Shown here: positions 63,936 through 64,000 of the stretch, piece by piece
How the letters are laid out: each line of letters opens with the position of its first letter
How positions within the stretch are numbered: position 1 is the first letter of the stretch
NCBI GenBank assembly: GCA_028534125.1
Contig: CM052817.1
Span: forward strand, 7,814,001 to 7,878,000
Reading direction: 5' to 3'
Source of the DNA: Lama glama
Lineage: Eukaryota
DNA length: 64,000 nucleotides
Program-made: the position numbers and the translations under genes
Notes under the pieces: generated by a model
Databases searched by the model: none
Told to the model about the DNA's origin: nothing
The model's input: the letters and a program-made list of their open reading frames with translations, nothing else

Positions 63936-64000
63936 GTGTGCCAAGCAGGCCAGTGCCATTATCAGAAATAGGTCCTGCAGGTGGAGACCTAATATGAAAA

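Noticed and set aside
1..64000. Short ORFs from the six-frame track as host genes
   Set aside because: None resembles a cellular protein I recognise; many start at non-ATG codons, overlap repeats, and do not form a consistent exon chain.
1..64000. CRISPR array, prokaryotic operon or other novel system
   Set aside because: No regularly spaced repeat-spacer array or gene-dense segment; the window is consistently mammalian non-coding DNA.

Overview
Mammalian nuclear DNA, very probably from a camelid (alpaca, llama or camel). The evidence is two tRNA-Ala-derived SINEs matching the Tylopoda Vic-1 type and no recognisable Alu, B1/B2, Bov-A/Bov-tA, PRE-1 or CAN SINEs. The window looks intergenic or deep-intronic. 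I see no credible host protein-coding exon, RNA gene or CpG-island promoter, and the supplied ORFs are chance frames or transposon debris. A large share of the sequence is recognisable interspersed repeat: many MIR and L2 fragments, old and young L1 3' ends, HAL1, MaLR/ERVL/ERV1 solo LTRs and hAT/Tigger DNA elements. There is also a ~5.8 kb degraded minus-strand ERV-L provirus (53.0-58.8 kb) with gag, RT, RNase H, integrase and dUTPase remnants and one MLT2-type LTR. The best second-look items are repeat-free, homeodomain/SOX/TCF-motif-rich blocks (especially 60.66-61.26 kb) that resemble conserved developmental enhancers, a small TIR-bounded element inside a (TA)n tract, two twin-primed (5'-inverted) L1 insertions, and several nested insertions. 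I found no evidence of a previously undescribed biological system. Repeat family names come from my recollection of consensus sequences rather than a search, and boundaries of old repeats are approximate.
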